This document shows positions 17,099 through 26,587 of a stretch of 64,000 nt of DNA, piece by piece. Made by a program: the position numbers and the translations under genes. How positions within the stretch are numbered: position 1 is the first letter of the stretch; every line of letters starts with the position of its first letter. Source of the DNA: Vicinamibacterales bacterium (GTDB taxonomy: Bacteria; Acidobacteriota; Vicinamibacteria; Vicinamibacterales; CAVVIG01); NCBI GenBank assembly GCA_049679965.1, contig JBAUGX010000176.1, positions 1,592 through 65,591 of the forward strand, read 5' to 3'. The notes beneath the pieces are model-generated. The model was not told where the DNA came from, did not search any database, and saw only the letters and a program-made list of their open reading frames with translations.

Positions 17099-18373
17099 TC
17101 ATGATCGCATGTAGCGCCGCAGCCTTGGCGTGGACCATGCCACCCACGCCGTCGCAATCAGGCACCCGACGCCCCCGATGACGACCGAAAACGGCGCGCC
17201 CCACCAGTTGGCCACCGCGCCCGCTTCGAATTCGCCGAGCTGCGGGCCTCCGATGTAGAAGACCATGTTGACACCGGTCATGCGGCCGCGCAGCCGGTCG
17301 GGCGTCTCGAGCTGGCGCACGATGTTCCGGATGACCATGCTGACCGTGTCGGTGGCGCCGGTCAGCGCCAGGCAGGCGAAGGTCAGCCAGAACGACCGCG
17401 AGAGGCCGAAGACGACGGTCGCCAGGCCGTAGCCGGCGACGGCCCACAGCAGCGTCGGGCCGCGGCGCTTGATGCGCGCCGTCAGCGGCACCATGACGGC
17501 GCTCATCAGAACGGCGCCGACGGCCGGCGCCGCGAACAGCCACCCGTACCCGCGCGGGCCGACCTGTAGGATGTCCTGCGCGAAGATCGGCAGGAGGGCC
17601 GTCGCCGACGAGAAGAACGTCGCAAAGAAGTCGAGCAGCATCGTCGATCGAATGAGCGGCGAGCGAAATACGAACCGCAGGCCCTCGAGGGCGGCCTTGA
17701 TCGACACCTCGTTCCGGGTTTCGTCCCCCGTGTTGTTTTCAGTCGTGGGGTCCGCCTTCAGGCGGACCTCAGGTGTGTCCACACCGCGCATCATCAGCAA
17801 GGCGACGATGACGGAGAGAAAGGTGGCGGCGTTGGCCACGTAGGCCCAGCCAACGCCGGCCGCCGCGATCAGGATGCCGCCAAGTGCCGGGCCCGTCACC
17901 GCGGCAGCCTGGAACATGATGGTGTTGAGCGTGATTGCGTTCGGCAGGTGCTCGCGGGGCACGAGCGTCGGCACGAGGGCCTGGCGCGCCGGCAGGTCGA
18001 AGGCGCTGACGGCGGCGCCCACGACGGCCAGCGCGTAGATCGGCCAGACCACGGCCAGCCCGCGAAAGGCCAGCACCGCGAGTGCGAGCGCGACGAGCGC
18101 GCCGCCCGCCTGCGTGACCAGCATCAGCGTGCGCCGGTTCCACGCGTCGGCGACCACGCCGCTCAGCATCGAGAAGGCGACGATGGGCACGAACCGAAAG
18201 AGCCCGACCAGGCCCAGCGCCAGCCCTTTTCGCTCCGGCGGCACGAGCAGCGAGACGTGCCAGAGCAGCGCCGCGTTCTGCATCATCGACCCGGTCATCG
18301 AGATGAGCAGGCCGATCCAAATCAAGCGAAAGTTGCGGTGCTGAAGCGCGACGACCGACTCGCGGGAGATCAC
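17099..18373 (-). CDS. MFS transporter
   Basis: The track ORF (609 aa) is trimmed to GTG 18373, which forms a GTGA overlap with the qor stop. The protein is a 12-TM type starting ISRESVVALQHRNFRLIWIGLLIS. Confidence 0.8.
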   Translation of the reverse strand: MISRESVVALQHRNFRLIWIGLLISMTGSMMQNAALLWHVSLLVPPERKGLALGLVGLFRFVPIVAFSMLSGVVADAWNRRTLMLVTQAGGALVALALAVLAFRGLAVVWPIYALAVVGAAVSAFDLPARQALVPTLVPREHLPNAITLNTIMFQAAAVTGPALGGILIAAAGVGWAYVANAATFLSVIVALLMMRGVDTPEVRLKADPTTENNTGDETRNEVSIKAALEGLRFVFRSPLIRSTMLLDFFATFFSSATALLPIFAQDILQVGPRGYGWLFAAPAVGAVLMSAVMVPLTARIKRRGPTLLWAVAGYGLATVVFGLSRSFWLTFACLALTGATDTVSMVIRNIVRQLETPDRLRGRMTGVNMVFYIGGPQLGEFEAGAVANWWGAPFSVVIGGVGCLIATAWVAWSTPRLRRYMRS

Positions 18374-19374
18374 GACACGACCAGCACGATCTTGCCGATG
18401 TGCGTGCTCGACTCCATCAGGCGGTGCGCGTCGGCCGCGGACCGCAGCGGAAAGGTGGCGTGAATCACCGGCTTGACCGTGCCCGCTTCCAGAAGCGGCC
18501 ACACCGTGGCCGTGAGCGCCGAGGCGATGGCGCCTTTCTCGGCGACCGATCTCGGTCGCAGCGTCGATCCGGTGATCGTCAGCCTGCGCCGCATGACCAA
18601 CCCCATGTTCACCTGGGCGGTCGATCCCCCGAGCAGCGCAATCTGGACGAGACGTCCCTCTTGCGCCAGCAGCTCGAGGTTGCGCGGCACGTACTCGCCG
18701 CCGACCATGTCCAGGATGACGTCTACCCCACGCTCGCCCACCGTCTCTCGCGCGGCAGCGACGAAGTCTGTCGTGCGGTAGTTGATCGCCCGCTCGGCGC
18801 CCAGCTGTTCGCAGGCCGCGCACTTCTCGGCCGAGCCCGCCGTCGCCAGCACTCGCGAGCCGAGCGCCCGCGCGAGTTGAATCGCCGTCGTGCCGATGCC
18901 ACTGGATCCGCCGTGAATCAGAATCCACTCACCGGACTTGAGGCGGCCGCGATCGAACACGTTGGTCCACACGGTGAAGAAGGTTTCCGGGATGGCCGCG
19001 GCAGCGGCCATGTCGAGGCCTCGGGGCACGGGCAGACACTGCAGCGCCGGCGCGGCACAATACTCCGCGTAGCCACCGCCCGCCACAAGTGCGCAGACCT
19101 GATCTCCATCGCGCCAGCTCCGAACATCGGACGCCATTTCGACGATGGTGCCAGCCACTTCGAGTCCTGGGATGTCGGAGGCGCCTGGCGGCGGTGGATA
19201 GCGGCCGCGCCTCTGCGACACGTCGGGGCGATTGACTCCGGCCGCAGCGACCTTGATCACCACTTCGCCGGCGGCCGGTTTCGGTTGAGGGCGTTCAACG
19301 GGCACGAGGACCTCGGGGCCGCCGAATCGCGAAATCTCGATGGCGATCACGTGTGCAATCGTGGGGCAGTGCAA
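18370..19374 (-). CDS. qor: NADPH:quinone oxidoreductase (zeta-crystallin-like MDR)
   Basis: It has GGPEVL, GVNRPD and the IHGGSSGIGTTAIQLA cofactor motif. An alternative start is GTG 19350. Confidence 0.85.
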   Translation of the reverse strand: MHCPTIAHVIAIEISRFGGPEVLVPVERPQPKPAAGEVVIKVAAAGVNRPDVSQRRGRYPPPPGASDIPGLEVAGTIVEMASDVRSWRDGDQVCALVAGGGYAEYCAAPALQCLPVPRGLDMAAAAAIPETFFTVWTNVFDRGRLKSGEWILIHGGSSGIGTTAIQLARALGSRVLATAGSAEKCAACEQLGAERAINYRTTDFVAAARETVGERGVDVILDMVGGEYVPRNLELLAQEGRLVQIALLGGSTAQVNMGLVMRRRLTITGSTLRPRSVAEKGAIASALTATVWPLLEAGTVKPVIHATFPLRSAADAHRLMESSTHIGKIVLVVS

Positions 19375-19409
19375 TTCCGGACGTGGGTGGCGCTAGTCGC
19401 GACAGCGGA

Positions 19410-20741
19410 CTAGCGGGTCACTCGCTGACTGACGACTTCCTTGACCGACTCCAGCGTCCCGTCGAGTCGGAGGATGTGGCGCGGGCGCGCCAGGGCATCG
19501 ACGAGCGGCTGCGGTTTCTGGACCGGGCCGCCAATGATGGGCTCGACAATCTCGCCGAACTTCGCGGGATGGGCCGTGGCGACGAAGACCGCCGGGCCCA
19601 CGTCCACGGTCCGGCTGAAGCCGGACCCCACGTCAGATTTCAAATACGCTTTCAGTCCCAGGTACGCGACCGCGGAGTGCGGGTCGAGCAGATAGCCGCG
19701 CTCGTGATACACGCGCCGAATTGTCGCCCGCACCTCGTCATCGTCATGCCGGCTGCCGACGAGATCGCGTCTGATGGCCTCGACGTCGCCCGCATACAGC
19801 CACATCAGCCGCTCGAAGTTGCTCGGGTTGCCGACGTCCATCGCGTTCGAGAGCGTCTGCACGGAGGCCCGTGGCTCGAAGCGGCCGGTCTTCAGATACG
19901 CCGGCACGACATCATTGGCGTTAGTGGCTGCGACGAAGCGCCCGATGGGCAGGCCCGCGCGCTTCATCATCAAGCCGGCGGTCAGGTTCCCGAAGTTTCC
20001 GCTCGGCGTCGAAAACGTGATGTCGGCGTCACGATGCAGCCGGCCCACGGCGTGCGCGTAGTAGATCATCTGCGGCAGCAGTCGGCCCAGGTTGATGGAG
20101 TTGGCCGACGTCATGTGGCTGGCGAGTTCCGGATCGGCGAAGGCGGACTTGGTCAGCCGCTGGCAGTCGTCGAAGCTGCCGGCCACCGCGTACGCGCGGA
20201 CGTTGCCCGCCTCGCCGTTGAACATCGTCAACTGCGCTTCCTGCGTGGGGCTGACACGGCCTTCGGGATAGAGCACCACGACGCGCGTGTGCGGCACGGC
20301 GTGGAAGGCATGCGCGACCGCGCCGCCGGTGTCGCCGGATGTCGCCACGAGCACGGTCAGCGCGTCGTCGCCGACGTAGAGCGCGGCCATCAGGCGCGCC
20401 ATCACGCGCGCGCCGACGTCCTTGAAGGCGAGCGTCGGGCCGTGGAAGAGCTCGAGCGCGAGCACGCCCGGCTCGACCTCCACCAATGGAATCGGAAAGT
20501 CGAGCGCGTCGACGAGCACCGCCTGCAACGTTGCCGCGTCGAGCTCGTCGCCCACGAAGGGGCGCAGCACGCGAAACCCGACCTCGGGGAGTGACAGCGA
20601 TGGCAGCTCAGCCAGATCGCTCTTGGACCACCGAGGGATCGACTCGGGCACGTACAGGCCGCCGTCGGGGGCCAGCCCGTCGAAGACCACGCTCGCGAAG
20701 GACACCGCCGGGGCCTGGCCCCGGGTTGTTATGAAGCGCAT
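19410..20741 (-). CDS. thrC: Threonine synthase
   Basis: It has the MRFITTRG N-terminus and the PTLAFKDVGAR PLP-lysine block. It overlaps the thrB stop. Confidence 0.92.
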   Translation of the reverse strand: MRFITTRGQAPAVSFASVVFDGLAPDGGLYVPESIPRWSKSDLAELPSLSLPEVGFRVLRPFVGDELDAATLQAVLVDALDFPIPLVEVEPGVLALELFHGPTLAFKDVGARVMARLMAALYVGDDALTVLVATSGDTGGAVAHAFHAVPHTRVVVLYPEGRVSPTQEAQLTMFNGEAGNVRAYAVAGSFDDCQRLTKSAFADPELASHMTSANSINLGRLLPQMIYYAHAVGRLHRDADITFSTPSGNFGNLTAGLMMKRAGLPIGRFVAATNANDVVPAYLKTGRFEPRASVQTLSNAMDVGNPSNFERLMWLYAGDVEAIRRDLVGSRHDDDEVRATIRRVYHERGYLLDPHSAVAYLGLKAYLKSDVGSGFSRTVDVGPAVFVATAHPAKFGEIVEPIIGGPVQKPQPLVDALARPRHILRLDGTLESVKEVVSQRVTR

Positions 20742-21676
20742 GGTGACACCACATGGGCCCCTTGCGGGGCGATCGAAGACACGTACGACTGGGGCTCGCC
20801 GCCGATGTGAGCCTTGACCGCCCTGACCATGGCTTCAACGACGCGGGCGGCAACGTCCGTACCGCGGCAGAGCGCAAAGAGCGACGGACCAGACCCGGAC
20901 AGGCTGCAGCCAAGGGCGCCCGCCGCGATCGCGGCGCTCTTGATGGCCGCCAGCCCTGGCACGAGCGGTGCCCGCCGCGGCTCGGCGATCGTATCCTCGA
21001 GCGCGCGCGAGATGAGCGCAAAATCCGACCGGTGCAGGCCGTCGACGAGCGCCCCCAGATTCGCCCACTGCCGGATCGCGTCGCCCAGCGGTACCGTGGT
21101 GCCGAGCAGCGCGCGGGCCTTCGCCGTCTCGATTTCGAGGTCGGGATGGACGACGACCGCGGTGAGCCCCGCGGGCACCGGCAACCGGACGATGTCGGGA
21201 GGGCTCGGATGACGAACCAGCACAAACCCGCCACAGATGGCCGGCGCGATGTTGTCCAGGTGCGCCGACCCAGCGCCCAGTCGCTCGCCTTCGAACGCCG
21301 CCGAGACGAGCATCTCGATCGGCGCGTGCGCGTCAAAGAGCGCATCGACGGCGACGACGGCCGCCGCGGCGCTGGCCGCGCTGCCGCCCAGGCCGCTCGA
21401 GAGCGGCAGCCCTTTCGCGATGCTGAGCACGACGCCCCGCCGCTCGCCAATCGCGGCGAGCAGCGCCTGCGCGGCGATGCCCGCCGTGTTGCGGGCCGCG
21501 TCGCGCGGCAGCCGGCCCGAGTCGCCCGTGATTGAGTCGATGCGCACGCCGGCCGGCGCCATCCGCGCGGTCACTTCGTCGCCCGGGCGCTCGAGCGCGA
21601 AGCCGAGCACGTCGAATCCGCAGGCGACATTGCTGACGGTGGCCGGCGCAAAGGCCGTCACGACGCGATCAGCCAC
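20729..21676 (-). CDS. thrB: Homoserine kinase
   Basis: It has the GHMP kinase motif PLSSGLGGSAASAAAAV, is 315 aa long, and is adjacent to thrC. Confidence 0.9.
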   Translation of the reverse strand: MADRVVTAFAPATVSNVACGFDVLGFALERPGDEVTARMAPAGVRIDSITGDSGRLPRDAARNTAGIAAQALLAAIGERRGVVLSIAKGLPLSSGLGGSAASAAAAVVAVDALFDAHAPIEMLVSAAFEGERLGAGSAHLDNIAPAICGGFVLVRHPSPPDIVRLPVPAGLTAVVVHPDLEIETAKARALLGTTVPLGDAIRQWANLGALVDGLHRSDFALISRALEDTIAEPRRAPLVPGLAAIKSAAIAAGALGCSLSGSGPSLFALCRGTDVAARVVEAMVRAVKAHIGGEPQSYVSSIAPQGAHVVSPCAS

Positions 21677-22685
21677 GCCCGTACCGCCGGCGAATGGTGG
21701 GTATCAAGTAGTCGCGAAACGCACGCTCGAAATCGTACATCGGTTTGAACTCCCAGTCGGTCCGAGCCGCCGAATCATCCACGTCGGCCGGCCACGAATC
21801 GACGATCGCCTGCCGCTTCTCGTCCACGCCGCACGTGATCGTCGCCTCGGGGAACGCCTGCAGCACGACGGTGCGGATATCGGCCGCCGACGGACTGAAG
21901 GCCCGCAGGTTGTACTCCGTGCGTGTCAGGCGCTCACGCGGCGCCGCCGCCAGCGTGAGGAGCGCCTCGACGCCGTCGGGCATGGCCATGAAGGGCACCG
22001 TCGTATCCGGCCTGACAAAGCAGGCGTATGGTTCGCCCTTGGCGGCCGCGTGAACCATCTCGGACGCATAATCCGAAGTGCCGCCCGAGGGCACCGTCAG
22101 GCCTGAAATCAGTCCGGGAAACCTCACGGCGCGGAAATCGACGCGGCGCGTCACGTCGGCCGACAGCTGCTTGTAATGCCGCGTGTAGTATCGGCCCATC
22201 TGCTCGCAGTACAGCTTATTGCATCCGTAGAGCGTCACCGGACGAGTGTACTCGTCCTCGCGCACGCGCCCCGCTCCCCGTTTGACCGCCAGGTCGGGGA
22301 GGCCGTACACGGCGACCGACGATGGGTAGATGAACAGCACAGCGCGGCCGTGCGATTCGCCCTGCCGCTGGGCGAACTCGAGCATGTTGAGCGTGCCCTC
22401 GACGTTCACGTGATGTGCCGTCGTCGGCGTGAATTCGGACCGGGTCGAGAGCCTGGCCGCGAGATGAAACACCCGATCGACCTCGAACTCGGCCAGCACC
22501 CGCTCGAGGAGGCTCGCGTCGGTCACCGAGCCCACGAACTGCCGCGACACCATCCGAGCGAGCGGAGCCTCGAGCGGCATCACATCGAGGGTGATGAGCA
22601 CCGAGCCCGACGCCGCCAGCCGCCCAAGCAGCTCATGACCGATCTCGCCGCCGGCGCCAGTGATGAGCGTGACCGGTTTGCGCAC
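21669..22685 (-). CDS. GalE-type SDR, L-threonine 3-dehydrogenase-like (NAD-dependent epimerase/dehydratase family)
   Basis: GTG 22685 gives VRKPVTLITGAGGEIGHEL. The blocks YGCNKLYCE and RFPGLIS...SGGTSDYA match short-chain threonine dehydrogenases. Confidence 0.8.
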   Translation of the reverse strand: MRKPVTLITGAGGEIGHELLGRLAASGSVLITLDVMPLEAPLARMVSRQFVGSVTDASLLERVLAEFEVDRVFHLAARLSTRSEFTPTTAHHVNVEGTLNMLEFAQRQGESHGRAVLFIYPSSVAVYGLPDLAVKRGAGRVREDEYTRPVTLYGCNKLYCEQMGRYYTRHYKQLSADVTRRVDFRAVRFPGLISGLTVPSGGTSDYASEMVHAAAKGEPYACFVRPDTTVPFMAMPDGVEALLTLAAAPRERLTRTEYNLRAFSPSAADIRTVVLQAFPEATITCGVDEKRQAIVDSWPADVDDSAARTDWEFKPMYDFERAFRDYLIPTIRRRYGRG

Positions 22686-23188
22686 TACGCTCCAGGCTCC
22701 AGCTGGTCCACAGCCTCGCTGAGGCCACCCCAGGTCTGCGGATCCTGGCACAGGAGCGTGCGCAAGTAGAGGCGGACCACTTCGGGCGGGAACTGTCCCG
22801 CGATGCGGGCCACGGCCGGGCCGAGCTTGGCGGCATCTGGCATCACCTCGTCCTGCTGAATCAGCCCGTCGTCGTGCGCGATCCCGAGCGCGTCGAGAAA
22901 CGCGCCCATCATCGGCCGCTGCTCGGCGAGGTGATAGACCACCAGGACACGGGCCGCGATCGGATCGGGCAGCGCGGGCAGGCTGGCCAGGTGTCGCGCC
23001 TTCCGCTCGCGATCGAGGCCGACGACCGTCTTTGCCCGAAACTTCTTGTGCTGCGCGATGAGAAGCGCCGCCTGCGCCTGCATGTCGGCCGCGTCAGGAT
23101 CGTCCCAGAACGCGCGGGCCGCGTCGAGCCGCAGTGCGACGGACATCCCCTTCCAGAGGCGTAACGGCGTCATCGTGGATTCGCTCAT
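22685..23188 (-). CDS. Hypothetical protein (167 aa)
   Basis: Consistent high GC3 and first position in the thr operon. I recognised no domain. Confidence 0.6.
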   Translation of the reverse strand: MSESTMTPLRLWKGMSVALRLDAARAFWDDPDAADMQAQAALLIAQHKKFRAKTVVGLDRERKARHLASLPALPDPIAARVLVVYHLAEQRPMMGAFLDALGIAHDDGLIQQDEVMPDAAKLGPAVARIAGQFPPEVVRLYLRTLLCQDPQTWGGLSEAVDQLEPGA

Positions 23189-23224
23189 CGTGCGTATTCT
23201 AGTGGAGCGGTCAGGATCCTAGGC

Positions 23225-23986
23225 ATGGAGAAAGTCCGCGTGGTATTCTCACCACTCACACCCACAATGGACGAACCGACTCCGACTCCTGATTTCGAGT
23301 TGTCCGGCCAGCCGGCGCCGGTCGCGCCGCCCCCAGTTGAGGCAACCGAGGCCGCGCCGGCCGATGCGTCTCACGTCGCGCTCGTGCTCCCGTTCGACCC
23401 CCCGATCCTGGACTTCCGACCCCTTGAGGGTGCCGAGGCCCCCCGCGACGGGGGCGGGTGGACCCGGTGGGCACAGTTCGGCCGCGAAATCCTGTCGGGC
23501 GCCCAGACACTGATGTCGGCCGCTGTCTACGCCACGCTCATCGTCACGTTCGGATTTCAAGTGGCGCGTGTCGACGGCTTGAGCATGGCGCCGACACTGG
23601 AAGATCACGATCGGCTCATCGTCAACAAGCTGGTGTACGAACTGGGCGACCCGCGCCCCGGCGACATCGTCATGCTGTACTACCCGGTGAACCCGGAGAA
23701 GATGTTCGTCAAGCGCGTGATCGCGAAGGAAGGCGACACCGTGCGCATCGTCGACGGGCGGGTGTTCGTCAACGACGTCCCGCTCCACGACGACTACGTG
23801 CCGGCCGAGTTCCGCAGCCACGACGACTGGGGTCCGCAGGTCATTCAGCTCGGGTATTATTTCGTCATGGGCGACCATCGGAACAACAGCTCCGACAGCC
23901 GGCATTGGGGGTCGGTCCCAAAGAGATACATCGTCGGCAAGGTGAAGATCCGGTGGTGGCCGCTTCCGGACATGCGCATCTTCTAG
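23225..23986 (+). CDS. lepB: Signal peptidase I
   Basis: It has the catalytic Ser block GLSMAPTL, the Lys block KRVIAKEGD and GDHRNNSSDSRHWG. ATG 23267 is an alternative start. Confidence 0.88.
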   Translation: MEKVRVVFSPLTPTMDEPTPTPDFELSGQPAPVAPPPVEATEAAPADASHVALVLPFDPPILDFRPLEGAEAPRDGGGWTRWAQFGREILSGAQTLMSAAVYATLIVTFGFQVARVDGLSMAPTLEDHDRLIVNKLVYELGDPRPGDIVMLYYPVNPEKMFVKRVIAKEGDTVRIVDGRVFVNDVPLHDDYVPAEFRSHDDWGPQVIQLGYYFVMGDHRNNSSDSRHWGSVPKRYIVGKVKIRWWPLPDMRIF

Positions 23987-24004
23987 CTATCCAGCCATTC
24001 GGCA

Positions 24005-25183
24005 ATGCCGGAATCTAAACGTATACTTGAGCCCGTGTCCCAGCGCTGCACGGTGCTGATTGCCGCGCCCGACTTGATGCCAAAGCTCAAAGAGCGCGCG
24101 GCAGAGTCGGCCGGCGGCGAGCTCCTGACCTTTTCGGACACCGACGCGCTGCGCGCGCTCGAGGCCATCCTGAAGCGGAAGCCCAGCGTGGTCGCCATTG
24201 AGCAGCGCTTCTCCACCACGCCCCGCGGACAGGCCCTCATCAATCGCATGAAGGCCGATCCGACCCTGGGCCAGTCGGAGATTCGGCTCATCTCGCAGGA
24301 CGGCACGCACACCCTGATTTCGGGGCCTGCCGCCTCTGCTCCAGCCGAGGCGGCCAAGCCTGCCGCCAAGCCAGCCGGCCCGCCGGCGACCGACGTGTGG
24401 AGTGACGCCCAGCCGCGGCGCGTCGACGTCATGCCGGTCGCGGCCAAACCGGCGGCCCCGCCCAAGGCGATTGCGCCGGCCGCGCCCGTCAGGCCCGCGC
24501 CGCCACCGGCTCCGCCGGTGAAGCCCATCCAGCAGGCCCGATCCCCTATTTCTGTTCCGCCACCAGCACCAGCAGCGAAACCCGCCGTCGCGCGCGAGCC
24601 GGTGGTACCCGCGGTGGTGGATGATCGGCGAATCGAGGCCGAGGGGCTGGTCGAGTCGATCGATCTGGCCGTCGAATCCGAATCCGCCGGGATTGAGCTG
24701 CCGGCTGATTGGATCGAACAGACGTCAGACACCAGGGAGGTCGGGGAAGCGGTCCCCATCAATTTGGACAAGGCGGGTGATGACACGGCCAAGGTGGCCA
24801 CACCCGCCGCGCCCGCCCCGCCGACTGCCCCTCCGGCCACGGTCGAGACGGCGCCGGTCGTCGCCGCGCTGCTGGACCAGACGGGGACGCGCCGCGCGGC
24901 GCGCTTCAAGACCGACGACGCGGCGGGCCTGACGCTCGATGGGGACGCCGCGAAGCTGGTGGATCTATCCTCGCTCGGTGCGCAGGTGCTCTCGAGCGCC
25001 GTACTGAAGCCCAATCAGCGCGTGCGGCTGGCGCTGACCGACAAGCAGGGTTCCTTGAGATTCAGCGGATCGGTCGCGTGGGCCTTGTTCGAGATCCCGC
25101 CGCGCTACCGGGCAGGCATTGCCTTTGTCGACGCCGACCCCAAAGCGGTCGACGCGTTCTGCGAACGACACAAGAAGACCTAG
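24005..25183 (+). CDS. Pseudo-receiver / Pro-Ala-rich linker / PilZ-domain protein
   Basis: The N-terminal REC-like fold lacks the acidic pocket (VLIAAPD, VVAIEQ). A long PA-rich region follows. The C-terminal RRAAR ... DLSSLG matches the PilZ RxxxR / DxSxxG motifs. Confidence 0.7.
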   Translation: MPESKRILEPVSQRCTVLIAAPDLMPKLKERAAESAGGELLTFSDTDALRALEAILKRKPSVVAIEQRFSTTPRGQALINRMKADPTLGQSEIRLISQDGTHTLISGPAASAPAEAAKPAAKPAGPPATDVWSDAQPRRVDVMPVAAKPAAPPKAIAPAAPVRPAPPPAPPVKPIQQARSPISVPPPAPAAKPAVAREPVVPAVVDDRRIEAEGLVESIDLAVESESAGIELPADWIEQTSDTREVGEAVPINLDKAGDDTAKVATPAAPAPPTAPPATVETAPVVAALLDQTGTRRAARFKTDDAAGLTLDGDAAKLVDLSSLGAQVLSSAVLKPNQRVRLALTDKQGSLRFSGSVAWALFEIPPRYRAGIAFVDADPKAVDAFCERHKKT

Positions 25184-25190
25184 GCGGTCT

Positions 25191-26495
25191 TCAAATCTGC
25201 AATCTGAAATCCAACTTCTGCAATGCCATGACGTCATCCCTGATGATCGTGTCGTGACGCTCCGAGCCGGTTGAGACAATGGCCGCGGGCACCCCCGATA
25301 CCGCTTCGAGCCGTGCGATGTAGCGCTGCGCCGCTTCCGGCAGCTCCTCGAACCGTCTGACGCCGCGGGTCGGCGTCGACCAGCCCGGCATCGATTCGTA
25401 GACTGGCTCGCACGCCGCCAGCTGACCGACGTCTGACGGAAAGTCGGTCAGCGTGCGGGAGCCGCAGCGATAGGCGGTGCAGATGTCGATCCGCTCGAGC
25501 CCGTCGAGGACGTCCAGTTTGGTGAGCGCGAGCGCATCGAGCCCGTTGATGCGGACGCCGTACCGCGCGACCACCGCGTCGTACCATCCGCACCGGCGCG
25601 GCCGGCCGGTGACCGAGCCGTACTCCTGTCCGCTCTCGCGCAGCCGCTGACCGGCCTCCCCGAAGAGCTCCGTGGGCAGCGGCCCCTCGCCGACGCGGGT
25701 CGTGTACGCCTTGACCACGCCAATGACCGCGTCAATCGCGCGCGAGCTGACGCCGAGCCCGGTGCACACGCCGCCGATTGAGGCGCTCGATGAGGTGACG
25801 TACGGGTAGGTGCCGTGATCGATGTCGAGCATCGTGCCCTGCGCGCCCTCGAAGAGGATCGGCCGGCCCGCTTGCCTCGCCTCATGGAGCATCAGCGACA
25901 CGTCGCCGACCCACGGACGAATGCGCTCGCCGTACTGGAGCAACTGTTCAAAGACCGGACGCCAGTCCATCGTGCTGTCGTGGACGAGCCGGTTTCTGGC
26001 TGTGACGTTATCGCGCACGTTCTGCTCGAGCCCGGCCGGGTCGGCCAGGTCGCCAACGCGGACGCCGCGCCGCGCGATCTTGTCCTCGTAGGCGGGGCCG
26101 ATGCCCCGCGAGGTGGTGCCGATCTTGCGGTCCCCGCGGCGTGCTTCGAGCAGGAGGTCCAGATCGCGATGGTACGGCAGGATCACATGCGCTTTGTCGC
26201 TGATGACGATGCGCCGATCGGCGTCGATGCCAGCCCGCAGCAGTTCGTCGACTTCGGCGAGCAGCGCCTGAGGATCGACGACCACGCCGTTGCCAATCAC
26301 GCATGTGACGCCCGGATGCAAAATGCCCGACGGAATCAGCCGCAGGATGAATTTCGTGCCGTTGACGTACACCGTGTGGCCGGCGTTGTGCCCGCCCTGG
26401 TACCGCGCGACAATTTTGAAGTGGGCCGTCAGCAGATCGACGATCTTCCCCTTGCCTTCGTCGCCCCACTGCGCCCCAAGCACTGCGAGATTCAT
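25191..26495 (-). CDS. purA: Adenylosuccinate synthase
   Basis: It has GAQWGDEGKGKIVD and GGHNAGHT and is 434 aa long. The last 10 codons are encoded by a heptamer-repeat element. Confidence 0.95.
   Translation of the reverse strand: MNLAVLGAQWGDEGKGKIVDLLTAHFKIVARYQGGHNAGHTVYVNGTKFILRLIPSGILHPGVTCVIGNGVVVDPQALLAEVDELLRAGIDADRRIVISDKAHVILPYHRDLDLLLEARRGDRKIGTTSRGIGPAYEDKIARRGVRVGDLADPAGLEQNVRDNVTARNRLVHDSTMDWRPVFEQLLQYGERIRPWVGDVSLMLHEARQAGRPILFEGAQGTMLDIDHGTYPYVTSSSASIGGVCTGLGVSSRAIDAVIGVVKAYTTRVGEGPLPTELFGEAGQRLRESGQEYGSVTGRPRRCGWYDAVVARYGVRINGLDALALTKLDVLDGLERIDICTAYRCGSRTLTDFPSDVGQLAACEPVYESMPGWSTPTRGVRRFEELPEAAQRYIARLEAVSGVPAAIVSTGSERHDTIIRDDVMALQKLDFRLQI
25193..25220. repeat. Degenerate tandem heptamers AAATCTG-CAATCTG-AAATCCA-ACTTCTG
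   Basis: Read directly. It belongs to the same family as (AAGTCTG)x3 at 10294 and overlaps the 3' end of purA. Confidence 0.5.
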
Positions 26496-26546
26496 AAGCG
26501 AGCTAAGATTCTACGCGAGTCAAGGAAAAAATATTTCATTTTCAAA

Positions 26547-26575
26547 TTGACAATGCTCGCGCGCCTTCTTAGTGT
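26547..26575 (+). promoter_or_regulatory. Sigma70-like promoter candidate (TTGACA-17-TAGTGT) with A/T-rich upstream tract
   Basis: TTGACA lies at 26547-26552 and TAGTGT at 26570-26575. It is preceded by aaaaaatatttcattttcaaa. ATG 26588 is only 12 nt after the -10 element, implying a leaderless or near-leaderless mRNA. Confidence 0.5.
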
Positions 26576-26587
26576 CTACTCTTTCGC

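Noticed and set aside
18374-18928. N-terminal extensions of several track ORFs: the MFS transporter at 17099-18928; also 35536-38691, 57343-58395, 6470-8101, 12699-13730 and 15525-16532.
   Set aside because: The extensions overlap neighbouring genes or lack signal/TM logic. Internal starts coincide with SD sequences, signal peptides, conserved N-termini or 4-nt overlaps.
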